Positions 29,070-40,914 of a DNA stretch of 64,000 nt are shown here, in pieces. The stretch is taken from the NCBI GenBank assembly GCA_035649395.1, contig DASRJR010000215.1, forward strand, positions 2,318 through 66,317. The letters are read 5' to 3'. The stretch's first letter is position 1. Each line of letters starts with the position of its first letter. Position numbers and translations under genes: made by a program. Source of the stretch: Vicinamibacterales bacterium (GTDB taxonomy: Bacteria; Acidobacteriota; Vicinamibacteria; Vicinamibacterales; UBA2999). Under the pieces are notes generated by a model that was not told the DNA's origin, searched no databases, and saw only the letters and a program-made list of their open reading frames with translations.

Positions 29070-30565
29070 GCACAGGCGAATCTGATCAGGTCATTCAGCG
29101 CCGAGCCAATCTCGATGCGCTGAAGCGGCTCGGGGTGGATCCGTACCCGCGACGCTACAACCCCGAAGCCTCGATCGACGCGATTGTCGCCGAGCACGGC
29201 GGCCGCAACCACGACGACCTCGAGGCGATGCAGATCCACACGCGGACGGCTGGGCGCATTCTCGCCATTCGCAGCTTCGGCAAGGCCAACTTTCTCCAGC
29301 TGTCCGACGGGCACGCGCGCATCCAAGTCTACCTGCGGCAGGACTCGCTGCCCGAACGCGATTTTCAGATCTACAAGCTGCTCGATTTCGGCGATTGGGT
29401 CGGCGTTGGCGGGCGTCTCTTCCGCACCAAGACGAACGAGTTCACCATCTGGGCCTCGTCACTCGAGTTCCTCGCCAAGTGCTTGCTGCCGCTGCCGGAG
29501 AAGTGGCATGGACTTCAGGACGTCGAGACGCGGTACCGGCAGCGCTATCTCGATCTGGTCGTCAACCCGGACTCGCGACGCGTCTTCGAGGTGCGCAGCC
29601 GCATCGTCACCGCCATCCGTGAATTTCTGATCGTGCGCGGCTTCCTCGAAGTCGAGACGCCGATGATGCAGCCGATGGCCGGCGGCGCCCTCGCGCGGCC
29701 GTTCGTCACGCATCACAACACGCTCGACATGCGGCTCTACATGCGTGTCGCACCGGAGCTCTATCTCAAACGGCTGACGGTTGGTGGCATCGAACGGGTG
29801 TTCGAAATCAACCGGAACTTCAGGAACGAGGGGATCTCGACGCAGCACAATCCTGAGTTCACGATGCTGGAGTTCTATTGGACCTACGCCGACTACAACG
29901 ATCTGATGGCGCTGACCGAGACGATGCTGCAGGAGGTGTCGCTCAAGGCGACCGGCAGCGATCAGATCACGTTCGGGGAGCATGCGATCTCGTTGACGCC
30001 GCCGTTTCGACGACTCTCGCTTCGCGAGGGCGCGCGTGCGGCCGCCTCGCGCCGGCTTGGAACCGAGGTCCGGGAAGACGAGCTCCGCAATCGAGCAGAT
30101 GCCGCGTCGCTCGCCAGCCGACTGGGCATCGAGATCGCGGCTGAGGATGGCGCCGGCAAGATCGCGGCGGTGATCTTCGAAGCGTTGTGCGAAGACGACC
30201 TGATCGCTCCGACCTTCGTGTACGACTTTCCGACCGACGTCTCGCCGTTGTCCAAGCAGAAGCCCGACGATCCCGACACGGTGGAACGATTCGAGCTCTA
30301 CATCGGCGGCTTCGAGGTGGCCAACGCCTTCAGCGAGCTGAACGATCCGGTCGAGCAGCGGCGTCGGTTCGAACAGCAGCTCGCGCAGCGTGCCAAAGGC
30401 GATGAAGAAGCCCACGCGATGGACGAGGACTACGTTCGGGCGCTGGAGTACGGCTTGCCGCCGACGGGCGGCGAAGGGATCGGGATCGATCGGCTGGTGA
30501 TGCTGCTCACCAACAGTGCCTCGATCCGCGACGTGATTCTATTCCCCTTGATGCGTCCGCGATAG
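29066..30565 (+). CDS. lysS: Lysine-tRNA ligase (class II)
   Basis: RYRQRYLDL, APELYLKRL, FRNEG, HNPEF, GIGIDRL. Confidence 0.98.
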   Translation: MSTGESDQVIQRRANLDALKRLGVDPYPRRYNPEASIDAIVAEHGGRNHDDLEAMQIHTRTAGRILAIRSFGKANFLQLSDGHARIQVYLRQDSLPERDFQIYKLLDFGDWVGVGGRLFRTKTNEFTIWASSLEFLAKCLLPLPEKWHGLQDVETRYRQRYLDLVVNPDSRRVFEVRSRIVTAIREFLIVRGFLEVETPMMQPMAGGALARPFVTHHNTLDMRLYMRVAPELYLKRLTVGGIERVFEINRNFRNEGISTQHNPEFTMLEFYWTYADYNDLMALTETMLQEVSLKATGSDQITFGEHAISLTPPFRRLSLREGARAAASRRLGTEVREDELRNRADAASLASRLGIEIAAEDGAGKIAAVIFEALCEDDLIAPTFVYDFPTDVSPLSKQKPDDPDTVERFELYIGGFEVANAFSELNDPVEQRRRFEQQLAQRAKGDEEAHAMDEDYVRALEYGLPPTGGEGIGIDRLVMLLTNSASIRDVILFPLMRPR

Positions 30566-30580
30566 TTGTGGTCCCAGTCC

Positions 30581-30650
30581 GGCGCGTCTAAAGACGCGCC
30601 TCTACAACGCTCGCTTCGTGACGTCGTAGAGGCGGGTCTTCAGACCCGCC
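30581..30650. repeat. Inverted doublet of GTAG-type REPs (REPIN-like)
   Basis: Minus copy GTAGAGGCGCGTCTTTAGACGCGCC (30581-30605) and plus copy GTAGAGGCGGGTCTTCAGACCCGCC (30626-30650), between convergent genes. Confidence 0.8.
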
Positions 30651-30651
30651 G

Positions 30652-31599
30652 TCACCGTAATTGGATCGTGACGACCTTCTCAGAGACCACCGGGCGGCCG
30701 TTCATCGTGGCCGGCTCGTAGACCCAATCCCGAGACGCTTGCAGCACGAGGCGGTCGTACAGGGGATGTGCGGACTGCTCGATCGACGCATCCGTGACGC
30801 GTCCATTGGGGCTGATCAGGACGCGCACCGACAGCGTCGGTTTCCCCTGGGTCCCGATCTCCGCGGGAACGGGAGGAATGAACTGCTTCACGACGACCGG
30901 CTGCACGATCTCTGGCGGCTCGAGGTTTCGCGGTTTCTCGGTGCCTCGCGCCGCGGTCGCCGCCGCAGTGCCGCTCGGCGATGCCGCATTCAACGCTGCC
31001 GTGGTCGTCGCAGTTGTTGCCGAAGGTCTGCCCGCCGCATTCGTCGCCGCTGCGGGTGGTGCTGGCGCAGGCGTGGCCTTCGCCAGCTCGATGAAGCCTG
31101 ACGCCAGCGTCCGCAGATCCTCGACCTCGGGCGTCTGCACGAAAGACGGATCGGCCGTGAGCGTCATCACCAGCTCGAACTGTTTGAGTGCGGTTTCGCG
31201 AGATCCGCTCCGGAACTGATCGCGCCCTTCAGTGAACGCCTTACGAGCGAGCTGGGGGAGCAGCTTGCGCTTGGTTTCGGCGACGAGGGTCACGAACCGA
31301 GGGGGCGCATCCTGCGCCGATGCCTCGTACAGCGGCTGCGAGGTGAGCAGGTATTCGACGACCGCTGCGGCGTCCTGGGAACGGCCGAGCGCCAGCAGAC
31401 AAAGGGCCCGGTACTGCTGCGCTTCCGGGAGATCGACTTTCGCCAGGACGGTCAGCGCATCCTCGTATGCGGCCGAGTCGTAGAGCGCCTTGGCTTTCGT
31501 CAATGGCTCCTGCGCGGCGGCGGTTGTCACCAGGCTGAGGGTGCTGAGCACGAGAGCGGCGAGTGTGCGGCCCATACGAATGGCAAGCGTCCGCGTCAT
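30652..31599 (-). CDS. Exported TPR-like protein with C-terminal TonB domain
   Basis: Signal peptide, helical repeats, Ala/Thr linker, VLISPNGRV...WVYEPATMNGRPV. Confidence 0.78.
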   Translation of the reverse strand: MTRTLAIRMGRTLAALVLSTLSLVTTAAAQEPLTKAKALYDSAAYEDALTVLAKVDLPEAQQYRALCLLALGRSQDAAAVVEYLLTSQPLYEASAQDAPPRFVTLVAETKRKLLPQLARKAFTEGRDQFRSGSRETALKQFELVMTLTADPSFVQTPEVEDLRTLASGFIELAKATPAPAPPAAATNAAGRPSATTATTTAALNAASPSGTAAATAARGTEKPRNLEPPEIVQPVVVKQFIPPVPAEIGTQGKPTLSVRVLISPNGRVTDASIEQSAHPLYDRLVLQASRDWVYEPATMNGRPVVSEKVVTIQLR

Positions 31600-32699
31600 C
31601 GCGACCTCATGTCCATGGAGATTCGATTCGTCTCCTTGAGCGAGACGAGCGTGGTCATCCGGCGTTCGCCGAATTGTGGGTGCCGGAACACGACTTCGTG
31701 AGGACCGGGGGCGATCGACAGGTTGCCCAGCGGTGTTTCTCCGACGCGGTTGCCATCAATCGAGACTTCGGCCCACGGCACGGCGTTGATACTGACCGCC
31801 GCATTCGGCAGCTCGAGCGCAAGCTTCGTCGCTTGACCTGCGATCACCCGCACCTTTTGTGTCGCGCGATAGCCGATCTGGTCGGCAACGACCTCGAGCT
31901 GGTGCTCGCCACCCGGTAGCATGATGCGTTCGATGTCGCTCGTGCCTATCAGACGCTGGCCCTCGAACAGCTGCACCGCGATCGGCGTCGCAACCGTCAC
32001 CCAGCCCCACGGCGCGACTCCGCCGGCACTCAACACCAGCGACGCCGTGACGCCGGGTTCGATCTGCACCGTTCGCGTAAAGGTGTTGCCGCCACCCCTG
32101 ACCACGACCCGGTGTTCACCTGGTGTCAGGTTGCGCACGGTGAGCGGCGCCGCACCGTGGTCGTGACCATCGATGCTGACCTGACCACCAGGTTGATCTG
32201 TCGTCACGCTGAGGCTGCCGCTTCCCGCCGCAATCGCCGGCGCATCCGTCCACGTGATGTGATGCACCGTGACTGCGCCGGTCGTGACGGCAACCGGGAG
32301 CTGCTTCACACTGGTGCCCTGGTGCACGGTCACGTTGTACTGACCAGTTGGCAGGTTCAAGGACAGCGGCGTCGTCCCCCGGAGGTTGCCGTCGATACGG
32401 ACCTCGGCGCCTGGTGGATCCGTCTCAATCTTCAAGCTCCCGGAAGGCGTCGGGGCGGTCGCTACCTTGAGCCGATCGGCCCAGTAGACGGCCGCACCCA
32501 TAGCGGCGACCAGAAGCACCGCGGCGACAACCTGGGTCGTCCTGCGGTTGGGCGCAATAGGGGGTCGTGGCTCGGAATCTCTAACGGCAACGGCAGGCTC
32601 TGCGCCGAACTCGAGGGTGGCATCCCCCAACGCGTCGGAGGGAGTTGGCCGCTTGCCGAACGCTGCCACGATTTTGGTCTTGGGTGCAGAAATGGGCAC
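31596..32699 (-). CDS. Membrane-anchored PEGA-domain protein (start uncertain, GTG 32699 favoured)
   Basis: One TM helix then repeated modules PPGAEVRIDG..GTTPL, PGGQVSIDG, PWAEVSIDG..GETPL. Confidence 0.8.
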   Translation of the reverse strand: MPISAPKTKIVAAFGKRPTPSDALGDATLEFGAEPAVAVRDSEPRPPIAPNRRTTQVVAAVLLVAAMGAAVYWADRLKVATAPTPSGSLKIETDPPGAEVRIDGNLRGTTPLSLNLPTGQYNVTVHQGTSVKQLPVAVTTGAVTVHHITWTDAPAIAAGSGSLSVTTDQPGGQVSIDGHDHGAAPLTVRNLTPGEHRVVVRGGGNTFTRTVQIEPGVTASLVLSAGGVAPWGWVTVATPIAVQLFEGQRLIGTSDIERIMLPGGEHQLEVVADQIGYRATQKVRVIAGQATKLALELPNAAVSINAVPWAEVSIDGNRVGETPLGNLSIAPGPHEVVFRHPQFGERRMTTLVSLKETNRISMDMRSR

Positions 32700-32866
32700 G
32701 GAGCGCCGTGTTAGCGTGACCCGTGCCAAGTTGGCACATTGAGTTGGGCCGGATCTTCGCACTGTCGCAAAACAAGTCCGCGCATGGGAAGACTCTTTTC
32801 GGTAGAGACCGAGACTCTGGAAAGGCCGGACGAGGACCTCAACTCCTGATATAAGTGGTCGCAACC

Positions 32867-34087
32867 GTGGCGTTTGAGCTCTTCATCGCGCTCCGTTATC
32901 TGCTGGCACAGCGTCAGCACGCATCGATTTCGCGCGTCTCGCTCTTCTCCACCATCGGCGTCGCCGTCGGCGTGGCGGCCCTGGTCGTCGCCCTTGGGCT
33001 CATGACCGGTCTGCAAGGGGAGCTTCGCAGCCGCATTCTGGGGTCGACCGCGCACATTTACGTCTGGAAGCCGACCGGGTTCACCGACTATCAACGCGAC
33101 GTCGAGCGCCTGCTGGCCATGCCCGGCGTCGAGGGCGCGGGCCCGGCGATTGTGGGCAAGGCGATCGTGGAAGCCGGCGGAGAGCAGGAGTTCGTCACGG
33201 TGAAGGGCGTCGATCCGGCGCTCGAATCCCATGTCACCGAGATCGACCGGACCATGGTGCAGGGGCGCCTGTCGGCGCTGTCTGGGGCAGAGGACGATCG
33301 CCCCGGCATTCTCCTCGGTCGCGATTTGGCGATGAAGCTCAACGTGCACGTCGGCGATCAAGTCGATCTGCTCACGCCGAACGGGACGTTGTCGCCGATG
33401 GGGATGCTGCCGCGGAAACGCACACTGAAAGTGGCCGGGATCTTCGCGCTCGGCTTGTACGAGTTCGACTCGCAGTACGGCTTCGTCTCATTGGACTTCG
33501 CCAAGCGGCTGTTGAACACGGATACGCCCGGCGTGATCCAGCTGCGCGTGCACGACATCTACGATGCCCATGCGATCTCGCAGCGCATTTCCGATTCGCT
33601 TGGCAAGGACTACACCGCCGAGGACTGGTCCGAGCTGAATCGCTCGCTGTTCTCGGCGCTGTGGCTTGAGAAGATGGCCATTTCGACGACGATCGGCCTG
33701 ATCGTGTTCGTCGGCGCGCTCAATATCATCTCCTCGTTGATTCTGCTCGTCCGTCAGAAGAGCCGCGACATCGCGATCCTCAAGACGATGGGCACTTCGT
33801 CGCGGCGGGTGATGGCGATCTTCATGCTGCAGGGACTCGTCATCGGCGTCATCGGAACGGTCATCGGCGGGACGCTCGGGCTCGCGCTGTGCTGGGTGCT
33901 CGATACCTACAAGCTGATTCAGATTCCGATGGACGTCTATCAGGTGTCGCACGTGCCGTTCGTCGTGCTGCCACTCGATCTCGCAGTGGTCGCCATCGCG
34001 TCCGTGGCGATCTGCTTCCTGGCGACGATCTATCCCTCACGCCAGGCGTCGCGTCTCGATCCGGTCCAGGCGCTGCGGTTCGACTGA
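32867..34087 (+). CDS. lolE: Lipoprotein-releasing ABC transporter permease LolC/E
   Basis: FELFIALRYL, GVAVGVAALVV, DIAILKTMG, IYPSRQASRLDPVQALR. Confidence 0.9.
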   Translation: MAFELFIALRYLLAQRQHASISRVSLFSTIGVAVGVAALVVALGLMTGLQGELRSRILGSTAHIYVWKPTGFTDYQRDVERLLAMPGVEGAGPAIVGKAIVEAGGEQEFVTVKGVDPALESHVTEIDRTMVQGRLSALSGAEDDRPGILLGRDLAMKLNVHVGDQVDLLTPNGTLSPMGMLPRKRTLKVAGIFALGLYEFDSQYGFVSLDFAKRLLNTDTPGVIQLRVHDIYDAHAISQRISDSLGKDYTAEDWSELNRSLFSALWLEKMAISTTIGLIVFVGALNIISSLILLVRQKSRDIAILKTMGTSSRRVMAIFMLQGLVIGVIGTVIGGTLGLALCWVLDTYKLIQIPMDVYQVSHVPFVVLPLDLAVVAIASVAICFLATIYPSRQASRLDPVQALRFD

Positions 34088-34093
34088 GGAGCG

Positions 34094-34768
34094 ATGTCCT
34101 ACATCGACGTCGCGGGCCTGAACAAGTCATACCAGGTGGGTTCGCAGCGGCTGCACATCCTGCGCGACCTCGACTTGCACGTCGATCACGGCGAGATGGT
34201 GGCTATCGTTGGGGCGTCCGGAGTGGGGAAGAGCACACTGCTGCACCTGCTCGGCGGTCTCGATCGCGCCGACTCCGGAAGGATTCACCTGGCGGATACC
34301 GACCTCGCGGCTCTGGATGATGGCGCGCTGGTGCAGTTCCGCAATCGCAACGTCGGCTTCGTGTTTCAGTTTCACCATCTGCTGTCGGAGTTCGACGCGA
34401 CCGAGAACGTCGAGATGCCGATGCGCATCGCCCGGCGCTCGCTTGGCGAGTCGCGGCGGCGCGCCACCGAGCTGCTGACCCGTGTCTCGCTCGCAGATCG
34501 ACTCGATCATCGGCCGAGCATGATGTCGGGCGGCGAGCAGCAGCGGGTCGCCGTGGCGCGCGCGCTGGCGATGAGCCCGGCGATCCTGTTGGCCGACGAG
34601 CCCACCGGCGATCTCGACGAGCGCACGGCCGACTCGCTCCACGATCTGCTGCGAGGCATGCACACCGAGTCAGGCCTCACGTCCGTGATCGCGACGCACA
34701 ACCCGCGGCTCGCGGCCGCCTGCGATCGCGTGCTGCGGATGGAGCAAGGGCAGCTCCATCCGGCATAG
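34094..34768 (+). CDS. lolD: Lipoprotein-releasing ABC transporter ATP-binding protein
   Basis: GASGVGKS, GFVFQFHHLL, SGGEQQR, LLADEPTG. Confidence 0.92.
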   Translation: MSYIDVAGLNKSYQVGSQRLHILRDLDLHVDHGEMVAIVGASGVGKSTLLHLLGGLDRADSGRIHLADTDLAALDDGALVQFRNRNVGFVFQFHHLLSEFDATENVEMPMRIARRSLGESRRRATELLTRVSLADRLDHRPSMMSGGEQQRVAVARALAMSPAILLADEPTGDLDERTADSLHDLLRGMHTESGLTSVIATHNPRLAAACDRVLRMEQGQLHPA

Positions 34769-34796
34769 GAACGCTCACTGACGTTGCTTGGAGCGG

Positions 34797-36716
34797 CTAA
34801 TTGGTTTGAGTCGCTCCCGTCGCCCAATCCCAATGGCGCGTGGCCCGCTGCATCGTGTTATCGACGTCCTCGTCGAGTAGAAATCGCTGTTTCACGAGAT
34901 CGACTGCCGCGGCGCGAATGCGCTGCAAGTAGTCCTCACGACCCTTGTAGCGTTCCGCGATCGACGGACGAGGATCATGCTTCAGCTCGCGCTCGGCGCG
35001 CGTGCGCGGGAACGGCATATACGAGCCGAGCAGCGCGTAGATCGTCGACGGGTTGCCGATGCGTTCGGCGCGGAAGTTCCAGCCGGTGGTCGTCGCCAAC
35101 GGGACCGCGACTTCCGGAACACGGATGCCCGCCAGCTCGTTGCCGTCGGGATCGACCTGCGGCACGAGGAAGGGGAGCGCCGCGAACTTTCCGTTCAGCA
35201 TCTGACCGGGACCCTCGATCGTGCGCGGGTCGCTGATACCGGGAAGCTCGGGGAAGCGCACCGCGTTGACGGCGACCAGCGTCTGATCGCGCAGTCGCGG
35301 ATGGCGGCTGTCGGGTGGTTTCGTCGCGGCGGTCACCCACTGGTGCGCCGCTCGCAGCAGCGCCCGCATGACGTTGCCTTGCGGCGACGGATTCGGCAGC
35401 GCCTGGCCGTTACCGCCCGATGGCGGGAACGCCGCCTCGCCGTGCTGTGTCCCCGTGAGCAGGTAGATGCGCACGTTCTCCGGTACCTCGGCGTCCCGCT
35501 TGCCGTCGATCGTCGTGTGCGTCAGTGCGGCCGCGCGGCCCTGGCCCCAGTACTCCACTGACGTGTCGGTGTAGATCACCTTCGGCTGCTGATCGGGTCG
35601 GTAGGCGACGAGGATGCCGTCGCGCTGGCCGCTGGCATCGCGCTGCTCGAGGTCAGTGAACGGGAACTGCGTGGCGGGAAACGACGAATAACCCGGAGCT
35701 GCGAAGCGTTCGTTGAAGGAGCCGAGGCCGCCGCCGGCGATGTGTGGCCACACGAGATCGAACACGCGACGGTCGCGTTCGTCCACGTTGAAACCGTCGT
35801 GCAGGAACTGGCGGAGGAAGCGCCCGCTCTGCGAGGCGCCGAAGATGTAGGCATAGCGGCCTTTCACCGGCAGATCGGTGCGGTGAATGAACGCTGACGC
35901 CGCATCTCGCGTGGCGGCAAGACCGACCCCGGCTACGCGGGCGCCGGTCGCAGGGTAGTTGATCTCGTACACGCGACCTGGCTCGAAGCCGCCGTCGAGA
36001 TGAATCTGGGGCCGGCCGTTGGCGGTGACGACCTGCCACTTGTCGCGCGCGATCGCCGCCGGCGTTCCCCAGAACCGATCGCGAACGGTGAGGGTCGCGG
36101 ACGGATCGGTGCTGTTGACCGCCAGGTACCCCGGCAGATCGGCCGGCGTGACATCGTTCTGACGCCCGTCGGGAATGAACGAGAAGCGCATGCGGCCCTG
36201 CACGTCGGCTGCCGGCGCGTCGACGCGAACCAACGGCGGCGTCACGTCGAACTGCCAGCCGACCCACACGAGGGTGTAGCCCTCGCGCATGAGGAAGCCG
36301 TCGCCGAAATCCGCCGGCGCGGTTGGATCCGTACTGCCACCGGCGCGGTTGAAACGCCCGAGCAGCCCCTTGCGGCCACGATTGGCGATCTCGAAGAGCA
36401 GGACGCCGTTGCCGCGACCGGCATCGACTGGCTGCAGTACATAGAGATCGGCCGTGAAGTGAACACGACCATCCGCACTGCGTGGCGCCTTGTCGAGATC
36501 GGCGATGCGTGTGTTGTGGCGATCGGCTGGATCGAGCGAGAACTCGATCGTGCCGGTGAGCTTCTCGTACGCTCCGGTGCTCCCGAACGTCTGGCCATTT
36601 GCCACCGGCGTCCGCGCGACGATCGTGACCTTTGAGACTTCCGCGCGCGCGCCGAGCGGTGCCAGCACGATCACCGTGGCGAGCAGAACCAGGAGCGGGT
36701 GACGTGTGAAGGTCAT
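34797..36716 (-). CDS. Exported alpha/beta-hydrolase-domain protein
   Basis: Signal peptide, NRG, GWQFD, nucleophile elbow GASQSG, DPDGNE.AG. Confidence 0.8.
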   Translation of the reverse strand: MTFTRHPLLVLLATVIVLAPLGARAEVSKVTIVARTPVANGQTFGSTGAYEKLTGTIEFSLDPADRHNTRIADLDKAPRSADGRVHFTADLYVLQPVDAGRGNGVLLFEIANRGRKGLLGRFNRAGGSTDPTAPADFGDGFLMREGYTLVWVGWQFDVTPPLVRVDAPAADVQGRMRFSFIPDGRQNDVTPADLPGYLAVNSTDPSATLTVRDRFWGTPAAIARDKWQVVTANGRPQIHLDGGFEPGRVYEINYPATGARVAGVGLAATRDAASAFIHRTDLPVKGRYAYIFGASQSGRFLRQFLHDGFNVDERDRRVFDLVWPHIAGGGLGSFNERFAAPGYSSFPATQFPFTDLEQRDASGQRDGILVAYRPDQQPKVIYTDTSVEYWGQGRAAALTHTTIDGKRDAEVPENVRIYLLTGTQHGEAAFPPSGGNGQALPNPSPQGNVMRALLRAAHQWVTAATKPPDSRHPRLRDQTLVAVNAVRFPELPGISDPRTIEGPGQMLNGKFAALPFLVPQVDPDGNELAGIRVPEVAVPLATTTGWNFRAERIGNPSTIYALLGSYMPFPRTRAERELKHDPRPSIAERYKGREDYLQRIRAAAVDLVKQRFLLDEDVDNTMQRATRHWDWATGATQTN

Positions 36717-36800
36717 GTTGGTGTCTCCTCGTCAACGAGAACGGCGTTGCCTTTTTCGGATCACTGACGCCGCGCCGTCTTCGTTAGGCTCGGCGGGCGC

Positions 36801-37685
36801 TCATTTCAACCCAGCCAGTTCGAACACGGTCTTCGCCATGATCGAGTTGTCGTCGTTGCCACGCCCAGCCGCCATCGTGGCGTGCAGAAGCTGTTGGACC
36901 ACAGCGGTCACCGGCGCCGGCGTCTCGTGCTCCGCGAGCGTCGAGATGACATTACGCATGTCCTTCGCGAACAAGTGCGTGTAGAACCCCGGCTTGTAGG
37001 TGTTCTTGAGTGCGCGGTCGCCGTGGATCTCGAGCACACGGCTCTGCGCGAATCCTCCGAGCAACGCCTCACGAACTTTCTCCGCGTCGACGCCGGCCTT
37101 GCGCGCCAGTGCCAACGCTTCCGCCACGACCGCGAGCGTACCGCCGATCACCATCTGATTACACAGCTTGCAGAGTTGTCCCGCGCCCGACTCGCCGATG
37201 TAAACGACCTTCTCGGGATTCCCCATCACGTCGAGGATCGGCTTGATGCGCGCGAACGCGTCGGCGTCGCCGCCCACCATGATCGACAGCGTGCCATTGA
37301 TCGCGCCGATCTCACCACCGCTGACCGGCGCGTCGAGCATCGTTGCTCCCAGCTGTGCCGCTTGGGAGGCGAGGCGGCGCGCGACGATCGGCGCGATGCT
37401 GCTCATGTCGATGACGATCGTCCCGGGTTGGACCGCCGTGAACACGCCCTGCGGTCCATCGAGCACGAGCTCGACGTCCGGAGAGTCGGGAACCATCGTG
37501 ATGATGCGAGTCGCGCCACGTGCGACGTCCGCGGGAGTGATCGCCCGTTGGGCTCCTGACGCCACGAGATCATCGACAGGACCCTGACTGCGGCTGTTGA
37601 CGATCAGTTTGTAACCGGCCTTCAGTAGATTCTTCGCCATCGGGCGGCCCATTAGTCCGAGCCCGATGAATCCAATAGTCTCCAT
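36801..37685 (-). CDS. garR: Beta-hydroxyacid dehydrogenase (2-hydroxy-3-oxopropionate reductase-like)
   Basis: GFIGLGLMG, DMSS, DAPVSGG, KLCNQ, GGFAQS; start ATG 37685. Confidence 0.82.
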   Translation of the reverse strand: METIGFIGLGLMGRPMAKNLLKAGYKLIVNSRSQGPVDDLVASGAQRAITPADVARGATRIITMVPDSPDVELVLDGPQGVFTAVQPGTIVIDMSSIAPIVARRLASQAAQLGATMLDAPVSGGEIGAINGTLSIMVGGDADAFARIKPILDVMGNPEKVVYIGESGAGQLCKLCNQMVIGGTLAVVAEALALARKAGVDAEKVREALLGGFAQSRVLEIHGDRALKNTYKPGFYTHLFAKDMRNVISTLAEHETPAPVTAVVQQLLHATMAAGRGNDDNSIMAKTVFELAGLK

Positions 37686-37788
37686 AGACAGCGAAGTATA
37701 GTCACCGAAACATGGATCTCGAATCCAGATCTCCGGACGCTGCACGCGCATCCCTGATTCCCGATCGTTGACTCCCGCAGGTCACACC

Positions 37789-38082
37789 ATGCACATCGTC
37801 TTGGTCCAGGTGACCGTTCGACCGGACATGCTCGCCGAGTTTGAGCGGGCTTTACTCCACAACGCCCGCGAATCCGTGGCCCATGACGCTGGCTGCCTGC
37901 GCTTCGATGTCAGTCAGCACGTCGACGATCCGACACGCTGGGTGCTCTACGAGGTGTACGCCACCCCGGCGGCACACGCGTTGCACCGCGAATCGTCACA
38001 TTTCCTGGCGTACGACGCCGTGGCGGCGCGTGCGGTGACCGGGAAGACGGTTGCGAAGTGGGTCGGTCGGCACATCACGTAA
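37789..38082 (+). CDS. ABM-domain (LsrG-like) cofactor-independent enzyme
   Basis: GCLRFDV, LYEVY, HRESSHF. Confidence 0.8.
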   Translation: MHIVLVQVTVRPDMLAEFERALLHNARESVAHDAGCLRFDVSQHVDDPTRWVLYEVYATPAAHALHRESSHFLAYDAVAARAVTGKTVAKWVGRHIT

Positions 38083-38253
38083 ACGGTCGCATGGTGTGAC
38101 CGGTAGATGCCGATATGTAAAGTGAGCGTCGAAGTAGCTGGGAGCCCCGGAAGGGAAAACGGCGTCGAAGAGATCAGGGGGTGACGTCGCAGGCATCTGC
38201 CCCAAGCAGGCGGCGAAACCTAACTAGACGTGGGACTTAGGCGTGACGAGGCA

Positions 38254-38282
38254 TTGGTGTCACCGAAGCTTTGCCTTATAAT
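38254..38282 (+). promoter_or_regulatory. Putative sigma70 promoter of clpC
   Basis: TTGGTG-17 bp-TATAAT (38277). Confidence 0.55.
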
Positions 38283-38333
38283 GCTATCAATGAGGTGCTG
38301 ACTCCCTCAGCCCTCTAACCCTAGGCAGGCCGG

Positions 38334-40769
<2,436 letters not shown>

Positions 40770-40780
40770 TCAGCGGACGT

Positions 40781-40809
40781 GTAGGCCGGGCCTTGTTGTG
40801 AGGCCCGGC
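40781..40809 (+). repeat. GTAG-type REP palindrome with enlarged loop
   Basis: GTAG-GCCGGGCCT-TGTTGTG-AGGCCCGGC. Confidence 0.7.
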
Positions 40810-40914
40810 GTCGCAGCGTTCGAATCAGCTCCGTCCTCCCCCGGCACATCCCCGGCCAATCCCTCGCCTCGCACGTCCTAAATCCAGTAAGCTAAGGTAT
40901 TTCCGCTGCGTGCA

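Noticed and set aside
38100..38200. SRP RNA or other ncRNA (CCC-GGAA-GGG tetraloop; GTAGATGCC/GGCATCTGC pairing)
   Set aside because: Lacks the CAGG and AGCA internal-loop bases of the SRP domain; pairing is too limited to call without an Infernal search
40841..40856. Sigma54 promoter upstream of bamA (CGGCAC-N5-CGGC)
   Set aside because: The -12 element is poor and such matches arise by chance in GC-rich DNA
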